Positions 44,493 to 58,245 of a stretch of 64,000 nucleotides of DNA are shown here, piece after piece (position 1 is the stretch's first letter; the number at the start of each line of letters is the position of its first letter). Both the position numbers and the translations under genes were made by a program. A model generated the notes under the pieces. It had not been told where the DNA came from. It searched no databases and saw only the letters and a list, made by a program, of their open reading frames with translations. Source of the stretch: Phyllobates terribilis (lineage: Eukaryota); assembly GCF_046119375.1 (NCBI RefSeq), contig NW_027362769.1, positions 358,794,001-358,858,000 on the forward strand. The letters are read 5' to 3'.

Positions 44493-45274
44493 GGCTGTGT
44501 GCGTTTTTTAAGCTTTGTGCTGCGGAAATTTCCGCTGCGGATTACCATTGCGGAAAAAAACGCAGCACTACCAATTATTTTGCGGAAGTGCTGCGTTTTC
44601 GCCGCCATTGACTTGCATTAGACAGCATGGATTGCGCATCACTGCATATGTAGATGCGCATTCCATGCGTTCTAATGTGCGGATGGTACCCAGGTCTAGA
44701 GGAGAGGAGACTCTCCTCCGGACCTGGGTTCCATAGAATACTGTAAAAAAGAGAATAAAATAAAAAATAAATATATACTTACCTTCTGGCGGCCCGCGGT
44801 GCGCTCCTTCTTGCTTGCCGGCAGTTCGCGATGGAATGAAGGACCTGCGCTGACGTCAGAGTCATGTGATGGGTCACGCGACACTGACGTTGGCAGATCC
44901 TTCAGTCTACCGCTGCCAGCAGCCGGGACGGTGAAGCAAGACAGCGCGGGCCATCGGAGGGTAAGTATATATTTATTTTTTTATTTTTTGACATTCTCTC
45001 GGGTCACACTATATAAATCCATGCTGTTTTCTTGGATTTATATAGTGTGACCAAGTTGACAAGCACTTTCCAAATGATGCTAAAATCACTTGGAAAGCGC
45101 TTGTCAACCTGCATGCGGAAATGCATGTGAAGAACGCTTCACTTTCGCTTGTCCCTGGCAGGAAAACGCATGTACAATCCGCATGTACAATCAGCATGCG
45201 TTTTTTTCAGCCAGGGAGATGCAGAAACGCTCAGGAAAAAATCCAGAGCATTTCTGCATCGTGGGCACATAGCC
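44493..45274. mobile_element. PIF/Harbinger-type MITE
   Basis: TTA|GGCTGTGTGC ... GCACATAGCC|TTA (3-bp TSD). Confidence 0.75.
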
Positions 45275-45329
45275 TTATACAAATGTACAGTGTAAGAATT
45301 AATAAGCGCCACTTCTAGGAGATTATATA

Positions 45330-46476
45330 CACTGCTCAAAAAAATAAAGGGAACACTTAAACAATAGAATATAACTCCAAGTAAATCAAACTTCTGTGAA
45401 ATCAAACTGTCCACTTAGGAAGCAACACTGATTGACAATCAATTTCACATGCTGTTGTGCAAATGGAATAGACAATAGATGGAAATTATTGACAATTATC
45501 AAGACACCCTCAATAAAGGAGTGGTTCTGCAGGTGGGGACCACAGACCACATCTCAGTACCAATGCTTTCTGGCTGATGTTTTGGTCACTTTTGAATGTT
45601 GGTTGTGCTTTCACACTCGTGGTAGCATGAGACGGACTCTACAACCCACAGAAGTTGCTCAGGTAGTGCAGCTCATCCAGGATGGCACATCAATGCGAGC
45701 TGTAGCAAGAAGGTTTGCTGTGTCCGTCAGCGTAGTGTTCAGAGGCTGGAGGCGCTACCAGGAGACAGGCCAGTACACCAGGAGACGTGGAGGGGACCAT
45801 AGGAGGGCAACAACCCAGCAGCGGGACTGCTACCTCTGCCTTTGTGCAAGAAGGAACAGGAGGAGCACTGCCAGAGCCCTGCAAAATTACCTCCAGCAGG
45901 CCACAAATGTGCATGTGTCTGCACAAACGGTTAGAAACCGACTCCATGAGGGTGGTATGAGGGCCCGACATCCACAGATGGGGGTTGTGCTCACAGCCCA
46001 ACACCGTGCAGGACGCTTGGCATTTGCCACAGAACACCAGGATTGGCAAAGTCGCCACTGGCGCCCTGTGCTCTTCACAGATGAAAACAGGTTCACACTG
46101 AGCACATGTGACAGAAGAGGAGGAGATCCCACAGGAGACCATCCGCAACCTCATCAGGAGCATGCCTAGGCGTTGTAGGGAGGTCATACAGGCACGTGGA
46201 GGCCACACACAATACTGAGCCTCATTTTGACTTGTTTTAAGAACATTACATCAAAGTTGGATCAGCCTGTAGTGTGTTTTTCTATTTTCATTTTGGGGTG
46301 ACTCTAAATCCAGGCCTCCATTGGTTAATAAATTTGATCTCCATGGATGATTTTTGTGTGATTTTGCTGTCAGCACATTCAACTTTGTACAGAACAAAGT
46401 ATTCAATGAGAATATTTCATTCATTCAGATCTAGGATGTGTTATTTGAGTGTTCCCTTTATTTTTTTTGAGCAGTG
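45330..46476 (+). mobile_element. Internally deleted Tc1 (1147 bp)
   Basis: TA|CACTGCTCAAAAAAATAAAGGGAACAC TIRs. Transposase starts at ATG 45627, is open to FTDENRF, then jumps to the C-terminal [12 protein letters not shown] segment; second D and E lost. Confidence 0.92.
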
Positions 46477-48809
46477 TATATGACATTGCATCTTATCCCC
46501 ATTTACTTTTGTTGAGAAGGAAGCATCAAATACAAAAGAGGGAGCAACTCAAGGAATAAATGCCCAGCAGCAGGGGGCAAGGTTTTTATCTAGATTAGTG
46601 CAAAGAGGTTTTGCAAACAAACTCGATAAAGCCATTATGAGACCGTCGTGGGCTTTCTCTGTCGGAGCAGTTTCCAGTTTTACCTTTATGACCCTTCATA
46701 TAAAGTTCAGGCCTCCTATTGCCTTTATTGCAGCTTTATTAGACACATCCACATTTATGCATAGCACGTAGTTGGCCGATTAACCAAGCGTTGCCTTCAC
46801 CACCCCCCAGACCAGGCTGCCTTAGCATTGTGTGAACTGGTTCTTCGTAGACGGCAGCTACAGTCCGAGTGGATGATCCATTCCTTCCATATAACTGGCG
46901 TGAGTCCTCTCTATCAGCACTACATTAAAGGCGGTTTGCCACAATGGATTATTACCAGCCCTGTGAGCTTGGGTATTGCCTGAGTGGGAAGCGGTTCCAG
47001 CTTTGTCACAAGTAATTCATGCTTGCAGTTGTTAATCAGATTGGTGTTCATGGGACAGTAATTCCTTTCTCAAGAGATTATCCGTCTGATCGGCTGCAGC
47101 TTGCAGGGGGAGGCTCAGAGCGGCTAAGAGATTTGTGGTTTTCTAATTTCTTCTAACGTGTTGTGTTTACAGGGATGAGGATGCTCAAGAAGACAAGACC
47201 GACCCCAAGAAATCCTCTCTTTCCAGACTATTCCCCAAAGGATCAAGGAGCTGCTAATATGTATGGCGGCTGGAATAAAACGAACGAGCTTACAAAGAGC
47301 ATTAGGGAGAGTGACATTTACTTAGCCATCATTTATCACAGGGAAATACAGTTTATCGTCTTCTTTCCTTTCGGGAAGTTCTCGGTGGTATCTTTACCGT
47401 GTACAAATATGCCATTCAGTAACCAAAGCAGAAACAGCTTATTGTTTGGGTATAAAAGTTATACATTTTAGAGTAAATATTTACAGATGTTACATTGTGA
47501 CGCTCCTCTGTTATTCCTCCTTGAAATGTGTAACGAAATTAAAGGGAAACTGTCATCTATTCCACTCTGTCTGCACCAAAGGCAGACAGACTCCTTAATT
47601 TATAGAAACCACTGATGGCATAGCTGGTAAAATGAGTCCGGGTGCGGAGAAAAGCCAGTTGGTGGCATCCTTCAGTTCCTCCCCGCCCAGTTTCGCTTGA
47701 TTGACAGGTCTACCGATAAACAAGTAGGGAAAGGTCCATCATTCAAGTGGAGGCAGCGGGAAGAAGCTTCCATTGATCTCTTCACTCCATGCCAGGACTC
47801 ATCTTTTGTAAGGAGGAAGTATTTTTGATTTTTATGCAGCCAGTCCGGGTTGTCCTAAGTTGGCAAGTTATCACCTATCTACAGAATTGATAACGTGCTG
47901 ATGGAAGGGGGATATTAACTACTAGGACCCTTACCAGTCCTGAAAACAGGGCTCTGAAGTGAGCATCCCTTCTCATGAGAGGCGAGACTCCGAACCGGGT
48001 AATATCCCTTTACAAACTGGGTATTAACATTCCCCTTGACCCCACTGTTATTTCTGATTAGAGAAATATCTCCATGTGTTTATGCAGGGCTGAACGTGAT
48101 GGACCTAGGTCTTTATTCAACCTACGTTACTATGTGACAGTACGTCCTGCACTGGGGTCCACCACTGTGGAGGGGGCTCAGGAGGGGAGCTAGCTCCGCA
48201 CACAGTAGATGCCGACTATATTGCACAGCCTTCATCTGTCTCTAACAGGAGGCTGATAACCTGTTAGATGCCGCATTCTATATCGGAATGTGGCACATAA
48301 ATCACATCATTGCCAGTGCGCATGCACCGCCGCCCGTCCACTACCCGCAAAGCAATCGTGGGGCACAAATAGATGACCATGAGAGCTGGGGGAAAAAAAA
48401 TTATATTGTCCGGGGATGGACATTCACTTTACACCAGACTATCCATATTGCTTAATATAACATTTACAGTGGCTTGGGTTGTTGAAAAGTCCATTTTACA
48501 TAATTGTCTATTAAAGCATACATGTTCTTTTACATAACACCTGTAGAAAAGTATGATCTTGGTGCCCTCATCCCCAAGGTAAATTGCTTTTGGTGCACAT
48601 ACTAGTTTAATATGTGCAGGGACACTCATACTGTGGAACTTTTCAGCTACTCTTTTTGAGTGGTTCTTCATTATCAGCATTTTACCAGCACTCTAGGAGC
48701 TGGAACTTCCATTTTTAGACTTACCAAGCTCAGCTACTCCCATTTCCCAATAGCTTGCTTTCCCTTAACTAAAAGGTCACCTCTCTGTTATGCCTGCAGA
48801 GAGCCCCTC

Positions 48810-49116
48810 CCCACTTCTTGAAGACAGATAAAGCCCAGCCCCCACTTCCTGTAGAGAAACAAAGCCCCACCCCCACTTCCTGTAGAGAAACAAAGCCACA
48901 CCCCCACTTCCTGTAGAGAAACAAAGCCTCACCTCCACTTCCTGTAGAAAAAGAAAGACCCACCTCCACTTCCTGTAGAGACAAAGACCTGCCCCCACTT
49001 TCTGTGGAGACAGATCCACGCCCACTTCCTGTGGAGGAACAAAGACCCACTTCCTGTAGAGAAAGACCGGCCCCCACTTCCTGTAGAGAGACAAAGATCC
49101 ACCTCCACTTCCTGTA
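48810..49116. repeat. ~31-bp minisatellite, about 11 copies, each with a CACTTCCTG core
   Basis: CCCACTTCCTGTAGAGAAACAAAGCCCCACC units; 9 perfect cores. Confidence 0.9.
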
Positions 49117-50129
49117 ATCTGTCTCGGTGTCTCTGCTGCTAGAGGTGGATTACGCTTGACAACAGGCAGTGGACAGAACGTTAGACAGAGATTAGACCCA
49201 GTGGCCTTCACTTGAGAGATTTTTTTTATGGATGAGACATTTTTAAACCAAGTGATTTGAAAAGTTCAGAGACCATTCCATGAAATTCTCAGTCAAATTC
49301 CATTTGAAAACATACATTTCCTGAATGAACTAACCTTGATTGGGTTCACATATTAATATGCAATCCCACAACCAGTCAGTGATGGGAAATTACCCAAGAA
49401 TTTTGAGTGCTCAGATTATTGTGCGCATTACTGACAAAACTCATAAAGCTTTAATCTCGACTTTCCTTCATTATAAAACTTCATTTAAATCTATCAGTTA
49501 ATGCGTTTGAGAAAGAAACATAAATAAAAGAGTGCAGCAGTGGGGCGTAATATTGCTTATCTTTACCCGTACGAACGCGAAAGAAAAAGCCTGTGTTTGA
49601 TTCGTCTCTGGAGCATTAGATTAGGTTAGAAGCAGCACAAAAGGGTAGAGGAAAAAGGCGCACTGCAGTCTATCATATTTCTGGAATTAGTCTGATAAAA
49701 GCTTTCAAAAATAATTTTAGGTTATAAAGCACATTCTAAAAATGGAACCCGCGGTGTCAAGATTGAGGACCTTAATGAAAATCAAATAAACTCCATGAAG
49801 CAAGGCAACATCTTAAAGGTACGGAAATTAACACGAGATGTAACAGCGTGGCCACAAGACGCTCGGTGTAATTATTTCTACAACCTAGAATGTTGTACAG
49901 GGAGTAATGTCACCGGAAGAACCAAGATACGCAGGTAAGACTGAGCTACAAGGTGGATTTGTTCCCACTGAATGGTCCCGTATGCGCCCTTTATGTACCC
50001 AAGGGCTCAAAATCTGTGTAGATTTGTTAATTTTTCACCACGGAGATTGACCTGTGGCAATTTCTAATTCTGCAACATATCAATTTTTGTTGTGAATATC
50101 CACCAATTTCTTGAATAAGGTCTATAAAA

Positions 50130-50380
50130 TGCTAGTGATTGCCCTCATCACCTCCCACCTAGACTACTGTAACATTTTGCTCTATGACTTCCCATACAAG
50201 TCTTGTGCCCCTCCAACCTCAACTCTGCTGTCCAGGTAATCCACCTTTCCCTACTTTGCTCCTCTTCCTTCTCGTACACAAAATAACCTTTTTTTATGCT
50301 ACTCGCACAATCATTTCAAGATTCCTTCTCTGCATCCCGCATATTCTGGAACTCACTACCCCAATCAGTTACTCTCCACA
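50130..50380 (+). mobile_element. L2-clade LINE 3' ORF2 fragment
   Basis: LVIALITSHLDYCN.LL and FWNSLPQS motifs typical of the L2/CR1 ORF2 C-terminus. Confidence 0.6.
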
Positions 50381-51518
50381 GGCAGGATTTACATCTTGTG
50401 TATATGTGTGCTGAGTGCTGTTTCATGCATCTTCTCCAGTCGGTACATTCTTGTCTTCTGCACCCAACGACGTCATTGCGCCTGCTCATGCAACCTGGCT
50501 CAGGTGGCAGGACATTGCCTGAGTTTTCAGGTAGTTGTCATTCCTTGTTTCTTTGTTCCACTGCAGGTTGGCTGTTCAAACTCAGATACAAGTTGACTCC
50601 TCTATAACATGGTTGTTCCGACCATGCTACATACAGACAGGTAGCTCAGCTGTCATATACCCTTTACAGACTGGGACTAAAAGCCTGATTCATTTGTGCA
50701 GTTGCATGTTTTTCGCCTGTTTCTTTATCTGTGCCTTATTTTTCATTTACCTTGTGCCTTTTTTTAAAGCCTTTTACATAGGTTCGCCTTATTTTTTTTT
50801 TTTTAATTTGCCATTGTGGACAGAGTTTTAGATTTTTAGGTGTTTTGGGCCAAATTCAACAGTGACTTTTTAAAATATTGCAAATTTTTTTTTGCATACT
50901 GTAGTCAAATTTTTTGGAGTGAATTTATGTACGTCCAAAATTTCTGCACAAATTTAGTGACGTTTTAGCAGAAAATGCCTTTTTGGGTTAAAAAAGGTCG
51001 CAAAATGCATGAGACAAAAGATAAAAAGCATTTTTGATTTTGTGCATAACTCATGAATGGAAGTGCGGCATTTTGAAGAATTTGGTGCAAAAAAAAAAAA
51101 TAAAAAATCAACGAATACAAAAAAAAATTATTTTAACCCCTCAGATGATGAATTGGGCCCTTAATCCTATCCTGGGGTTCTGCATTTAAAAAAAAGCAAA
51201 CACTGATATAAAAGAAATATCAAGAGATTAATCAGCGGGAGATGGACATACTTTAGATGACATTCTTTCGACTTGGTCTAGGGAGTTTTGCATAAACAGA
51301 TTTTTAATATTTTTATATCATAAAAAATGAAATTATTTTGTAAGTTGCGATTGATATAGCGCTCTACACTATGAAAGAAAAGGAAAGCAAATGAGGAGGA
51401 AGGTGAACACCAGCTACACACTGTACAACAGTGCGACTCATTACCGCCCTCTAGAGGGAAACTGAAGCAGCGCGCAGAGCTCGAAATAAAGACAACTCTC
51501 GAGTTTGGGTTATTTTTG

Positions 51519-51524
51519 TTTATT
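51519..51524 (-). terminator. Candidate distal polyadenylation signal of usp31
   Basis: AATAAA on the minus strand followed by a GTTGTCTTT downstream element; not proven. Confidence 0.35.
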
Positions 51525-54500
51525 TCAATGCTTTTAAATACCGCATTATAATATTCTCAACTACAGGTTATCAAACGCGTCTCTCACAAAGAAGCATTCT
51601 TGAACGTAAAAAATATAAATTCTGCATATTAAAAGTGCATACACCTGGCATAATAAAACATAAAAATAAATAAAAAGGCATTGTTACACCGTCATGCACC
51701 AGGCCCGACATTATTAGAACCAGTGTTCCCAAAGAGCAGAGTAGGAGAGGTATGGGAAGGCGAGCGATAAGTGTCCATCAATCACCCTCTCCCAACCTCA
51801 CAGGTAGCAATTTTATCATATGTACAACCCAAAACAAAAGAAACATTAAAAAAACACACAAATTATAACATACTGCATCAATGAGAAGGCAAATTGGTAA
51901 TGACACAGTGAAACAAAGAAAATATAGAAACAAAGCCGGTCACAGCCATTGACGAATCCAGTGTAACCCAGAAGGGTCGTAGATACAAGATGTCCTCGAA
52001 AGAAGGTGGAAAGGCGGAGAGAAGTCCAAGAAACCCATAATTGCTCTCGACAGGAGGTATAAGAACTCACATCCCTCCGAGGCCGGTGGTCCTCACCATG
52101 GAAGGGGCAATTATGTAGTGTGTCGTAAAGGTTGCAATCTCCGTTTTGTCCCATTTTCCAGACGGGAAGGCAAGGGGTAAAACCATTGAGGAGCCTTGCT
52201 CTGGTCATCACCGACGTGTGCATGACGGTCTATCATGGCGGAGAACTAGACCAAAAGGTTGCACTCTAACCGCCATGAGACCAGACTGTGAATGGCCAGC
52301 ACAAAGTGGTCAGTGACACGCCAGAGCTTGAACAGGAAGACTAAACGGAGGCAGCAAGCCATTTTGCTCATTGGAAGGGAATGTAGATCCATTTTTTAAG
52401 CAGCAAAAAAAAAAAAAAAAACCACAACAAAAAATAAAAAAAAATAAACATACATGATATAAATGTTTCCTAATATTTGGCAGCCAGATAAAAGGGGAAT
52501 AAAGATGACACTACAGACTGCACCACTTCAAATTCATTCAATTTTCATTATTCTAATTTGAGTTTTTGTTTTTTCTCGTTTGCATGAAACAGCGCCACTC
52601 TTGTCCAACAGTGGTGTCTGGTATTGCAGCTCAGATCCATTCAAGAGAACAAGGACTGAGCTGGAGTAACTGCACACGGCTTTGTGGTCAAGGGTGGTAC
52701 AAGAATAGATCTGGGCTGTATATATCTACTCGTTCTAAGTGTATTAAAGCAGAAAGCAAATATGTGGTCTAGAGGAGATCTGGAAAACAAATGTCCTGTG
52801 AACAGGTATTGAATCAAATTTGGCATCATTAAACAGGATATTAGATGGTCGGCCAGCCCCTTCCAAAAACCCATCTAATGTGTATGGCCAGCGTAACTGT
52901 GGAAAGGATGCCAAGGCCAATGGCCGCTTACTAGGCCTGGCAGCATTTGCCATGGTGGCCATACCCAAATCACACTGGCATGACCGGTCTAGCGACGAGG
53001 CCTTATGTAACATCATCCCATTTCAGGTACGAGTTGGAAATCAATTTGCAGGACTCTGTAGTAATCTGTGGCCCTTGGAGTCCTGAGAACCACCTCCTGC
53101 TAGACGGCATCCCCCAGCTCCTCTTTCGGTCAGCGGATATGTCGTGATGTGATCACTGTGGCGTTGTGTCAGACCGGCTAATCAAAAGAAGAGCCATGGA
53201 TGCGTTCCTCAGGACTCCAGTCCAATGGCCACGTATTATAGAGGAGGCTGATGGACGGCGTTCTGCAAATTTATTCGCACAAACTCTATTCTCAGGGAAT
53301 AACAAGCACAAGAGGTGCAGAGGTGACGTCAGGCTGCCATGGCAGCCTGGACAAAGTGGGACCAGGACAGGGCAAATCAAATTGCTCATCGCTACCTCTT
53401 CTTTGAATGTCACATGTTCATAAAATCGTAGTATTCTGGGCCTTTAAAAACATAAAAAAGGGTTTAAAGATAATTCTATAAAATGCACCTCACCAAATAA
53501 TTTGCAAGCAGCATTCCCATCTTTGTTACAAGGCCAACATGCTTTAAAAGTATACAAAAACATTAAAAAAAAAACCTTTATAAAAGGTTTTCGGCCTAAA
53601 GTGAATGTCCATTTTTCAATACCATCATGTTCAGAGCACCAAATCCCAAGCATAGATGTAAGAGGGGTAGATGAAAGGCTTTAAGCCATTTTTTATGGTG
53701 TAGAAAAGTCAAAAAGTATGGTGTACACCATACATGTACCTTTTAGGATAGAAAAAAAAGACCTTAGGCCTTAAAAAACAAACAAAAAATAAATAAATAA
53801 AAAAAAAGTTGCATTGATGTAATTCCCTTCCTGCAGAGATAATTAGTGAAATTCTGGCTGCATGTATCTGCCACTAGAGGGAGCTCACTGCATATTGTTT
53901 TATTATGTGGCTCTATGTATTAACAGTATGGAGTAAGCTCATAAGCTCCCTCTTGTGGTGGCTACAGGGAGCAAAAATAAATATTTTTCTTTGCAGGGAA
54001 TTTGGAGCTCTGTATGAGAATAATTAACTATTGGCAGCTGTAAATCTAGATTAAGAAATCAGGACAAGATTTTTGACCTAGAAAAAAAAAACGCAATGAT
54101 AAAAAGGTGGAGATTCACTTTTAAACACATCATTAAAATAAGGGTCAAGTCTGAGATATTAATCCAATGTGAAGTGCGTGGTATAAAACGGCTGGACAAT
54201 AAAATGACCCAGGGATACAAGAACCGCTACAACCTAAACAGTGGAGAGAATTTCACACTCTGCTTCCCATCCCAAGTTTCTGCCGCCAGTTATTAGATCG
54301 ATAAGGTCTTGGAAAACGCGACCTTGTACAGCTGGCACGACACACTGACTTTGAAAGCCTGGGGCAGAGCAATGATCGCAAGCCAGAAAAAAAAGAAAAA
54401 AAGTCAGACATTACGCTGCCAAAAGTCAAAGGACAATGAAAATGAGACCGCGCTATGCGAAGGAGACTGCGTAACATTTAGAGGAGCCTATTAAAACGTG

Positions 54501-54924
54501 AAATTCTCTTTAACCTTTCGGGACCGGTCTATAGTGTGGAGGATTTTCGGATTTTTTTTCTTTGCAGATTTGCATAATATTTGCATTTGGCAGCTCAGAG
54601 CTTCTCCAGCCTTCCAACCGGGCTCTAATGTATGCGCTGAAGAAATGTGGAGCAACGTAGAGAAAATGGAAAAGCGCGACAGATATTGAGCGAGACCATA
54701 AAGTTTCCGGAAAAAGTTGGTTTTTCATTAAAATTGCTATTTTCTGAGCATCTTTATGTCTCTGCTTGCTTTCAGTGAATAAAAATGGAAGATTCTTGGT
54801 TAATATACTGCCACCTGGAGGCTTACACTAAGAATACATCTTAGAAAAAAAGTGGAATCCTCCCCACTGGACTACATCTGGGCAGCAAACACCCAGTTAT
54901 TCAGTTAGTGTAAAAGCAGGAGGG

Positions 54925-55335
54925 GTGCAGTGTCCCCCAATGAAGGCTACGAGACAGATTTTACGGTTAGTATCAAAGATCTTCATTGCTTCGTTGGGGA
55001 CCCCGGAACTATAAAGCTGTCCCTGGGGTGGGAAAACTAATGCCAGTACAGCAAAAATTAAAAAGAAAGAACCCAACCAAGGCTAAGACAGGTCTGAAAC
55101 TCAGACCCATGTCTGCCTCCAAATGACACTAAGCTAAACTGAATAACTGGGTGTCGGTGGCCCCAGGAACATGTCTGCCTCCAAATGACACTACGCTAAA
55201 CTGAATAATTGCGTGTCAGCTGCTTTGGTCTACGCTGGTGGGAAAGTCAGCTAGATGTAAGCTTAGGTGTCAGCCTCCCGATGGCAGCATATTAACCCAT
55301 GGTTCCTGTGTCCCCCAATGAAGCAACCGAGAAAC
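54925..55335. mobile_element. Possible DIRS-like terminal remnant
   Basis: GTGTCCCCCAATGAAG twice, with an internal complementary CTTCATTG..GGGGAC segment (ITR/ICR-like layout). Confidence 0.35.
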
Positions 55336-56548
55336 ATTCTTATTTCATCTGAAAGACTCGCCTTTTAACTAAAAAGCAGATGCATGGCTCATTATATTGC
55401 ATCAGAACCCTCCGAGTACAGACGTAAGTATTACCATTCACTGCAAGAAAGCAAAGATCTTAAAATGTAAAAGCAGAGCCACTTGGACATGTAGCTAGTA
55501 TGGCAGAGCACGGAGGCCATCTGGATTTCCTCCCGTTCTGCCATACGAGCTACGAGGAGCCCTTTGTATAAAGTTCATCTCTGCTGTTGGGGATCCAATC
55601 GCAGTGACGCAAACAGAGTGGAATACTCAAACATTTTCCCCCGCGTAGTACAACCGTACAACACAAGAACTTACTGCATGATATGAGTTGAGTACCTAAC
55701 AGAATCTGAGAGCTCAGTTCCCCTTCGTCCTGAAAGATAGGCCAACTATGACAACAACCATGACAAGCAAAAAGACAGACGTTACTAACCAGCCGGAGTG
55801 ATCAGAGGCAAATTTTTCCTAAGTGTTTTGCAGCGCTTATGTTATGGAAATATAGCAAATTGTAATGCATGCCATATTTGCACTACAATTTGCTACTTTT
55901 TTTGGCACTTTTGATAACTGGTGGCTGTGGCCATAGATATGTTAGAAGCTCAAAAAATATAGAAACTGATGCCTGCTGATAGCAAGAGTAGATTTCATTC
56001 TCAGGCTGAAAGACCAGCTCAATTTACAAGTGGCGTGCACCTTTTAATAAACGAGGCCTATTTTACTCCAATGCAAATCGACTTAATATGAGCACAGAGA
56101 GTTGTGGAGCAGAAACTCCAAGTTTTTGAGATATGGAGAGTTTCTCCTCAAAAAAAAAAAAAAATACCTCTATGTGTCCATAGTGTAAAAACCGACATAA
56201 GAAATCGCCCTGTTACGTCCGTAGGGGGAATATAAACGACCTTAGTAGACTTCAGCCTCAAAAATGGCTGCAATAACATCTGTACATAAAAACAAAAAAC
56301 CAACAATAACCAGTGATGCCAAGCAATAAAACATAAAAGCTACCACCTTGCGGCCATAACGATCCACACACATAAAAGCTACCACCTTGCGGCCATAACG
56401 ATCCACACACACGGGAAGAGATGTTGGGACACTTGCGGAGAGGTGAGAGCACCGAGTAAATTGCCACTATTTGTTTGCATAGGTTACAAGTGCGTGCACA
56501 TTCAAACACTGCCATGCAAAAAAAATAAAAAAAAGTGCCTGAGCAAAA

Positions 56549-57633
56549 GGGACAGAAGACTAAGGAGAGGCCCGGCCGAGGGGACAGAAGACTAAGGAGA
56601 GGCCCGGCCGAAGGGACAGAAGACTAAGGAGAGGCCCGGCCGAGGGGACAGAAGACTAAGGAGAGGCCCGGCCGAAGGGACAGAAGACTAAGGAGAGGCC
56701 CGGCCGAAGGGACAGAAGACTAAGGAGAGGCCCGGCCGAAGGGACAGAAGACTAAGGAGAGGCCCGGCCGAAGGGACAGAAGACTAAGGAGAGGCCCGGC
56801 CGAAGGGACAGAAGACTAAGGAGAGGCCCGGCCGAAGGGACAGAAGACTAAGGAGAGGCCCGGCCGAAGGGACAGAAGACTAAGGAGAGGCCCGGCCGAA
56901 GGGACAGAAGACTAAGGAGAGGCCCGGCCGAAGGGACAGAAGACTAAGGAGAGGCCCGGCCGAAGGGACAGAAGACTAAGGAGAGGCCCGGCCGAAGGGA
57001 CAGAAGACTAAGGAGAGGCCCGGCCGAAGGGACAAAAGACTAAGGAGAGGCCCGGCCGAAGGGACAAAAGACTAAGGAGAGGCCCGGCCGAAGGGACAGA
57101 AGACTAAGGAGAGGCCCGGCCGAAGGGACAGAAGACTAAGGAGAGGCCCGGCCGAAGGGACAGAAGACTAAGGAGAGGCCCGGCCGAAGGGACAGAAGAC
57201 TAAGGAGAGGCCCGGCTGAAGGGACAGAAGACTAAGGAGAGGCCCGGCCGAAGGGACAGAAGACTAAGGAGAGGCCCGGCCGAGGGGACAGAAGACTAAG
57301 GAGAGGCCCGGCCGAAGGGACAGAAGACTAAGGAGAGGCCTGGCCGAAGGGACAGAAGACTAAGGAGAGGTCCGGCCGAAGGGACAGAAGACTAAGGAGA
57401 GGCCCGGCCGAGGGGACAGAAGACTAAGGAGAGGCCCGGCCGAAGGGACAGAAGACTAAGGAGAGGCCTGGCCGAAGGGACAGAAGACTAAGGAGAGGCC
57501 CGGCCGAAGGGACAGAAGACTAAGGAGAGGCCCGGCCGAGGGGACAGAAGACTAAGGAGAGGCCCGGCCGAAGGGACAGAAGACTAAGGAGAGGCCCGGC
57601 CGAAGGGACAGAAGACTAAGGAGAGGTCCGGCC
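56549..57633. repeat. 32-bp minisatellite x34
   Basis: GGGACAGAAGACTAAGGAGAGGCCCGGCCGAA with exact 32-bp period from 56551 to 57607; very homogeneous. Confidence 0.97.
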
Positions 57634-58239
57634 ATGCGTCCAGTAGTGTGACAGCCTGTGCTGTAAAAACGGGAAAAAGAAAAAAAAGTACACACGTACT
57701 ATTTCACTATATTTCTTCTTGCCTGAGCAGCAATGAAAACATACAACAAATGAATAAAAAACAAACATAAAACAAAAAACTATTCATCCTTTGTGTCCAC
57801 TGGGAATTTTTAGTGTTCTACTATATTGTACTCGTCACGTTCATTGCTAAACTAATGAAAGGGGGGAGCACCATGTGATTGGCAAATCAGAAATGGCAGA
57901 TATGGTGGTCCGCGCTAAAAAGCCAACCTTTTAGGAATGTCAGTTGCTGTACACGAAATGTATCATAAAATCTTCCTCTTTGACGAATGACTGTGGAATA
58001 TCCAATACTGCTACAAAAGCTGCCCTGGGATATCACAATTCCTTCCTGAGGTCAAACATGTGGTTAGAAAAACAAAAAACACTGGGGATGGTGCAAGAGA
58101 GAAGAAGAAATATGTTGTTAATAGGTTATGATAAACCCTCAGCCAATAAAAAAATAAAATAAAACCGTATGTCATATTACCGTAGGCCCAAAGCGTGTTT
58201 TGCAGAGAGAGCACAAGCCGTCAGTCTTGCAGGGCAGCA

Positions 58240-58245
58240 TTTATT
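58240..58245 (-). terminator. Candidate proximal polyadenylation signal of usp31
   Basis: AATAAA on the minus strand about 0.9 kb after the stop, with a U-rich tract downstream. Confidence 0.3.

Noticed and set aside
56549-57633. 32-bp array as CRISPR or coding repeat
   Set aside because: There are no spacers, and the 32-bp period is not a multiple of 3.
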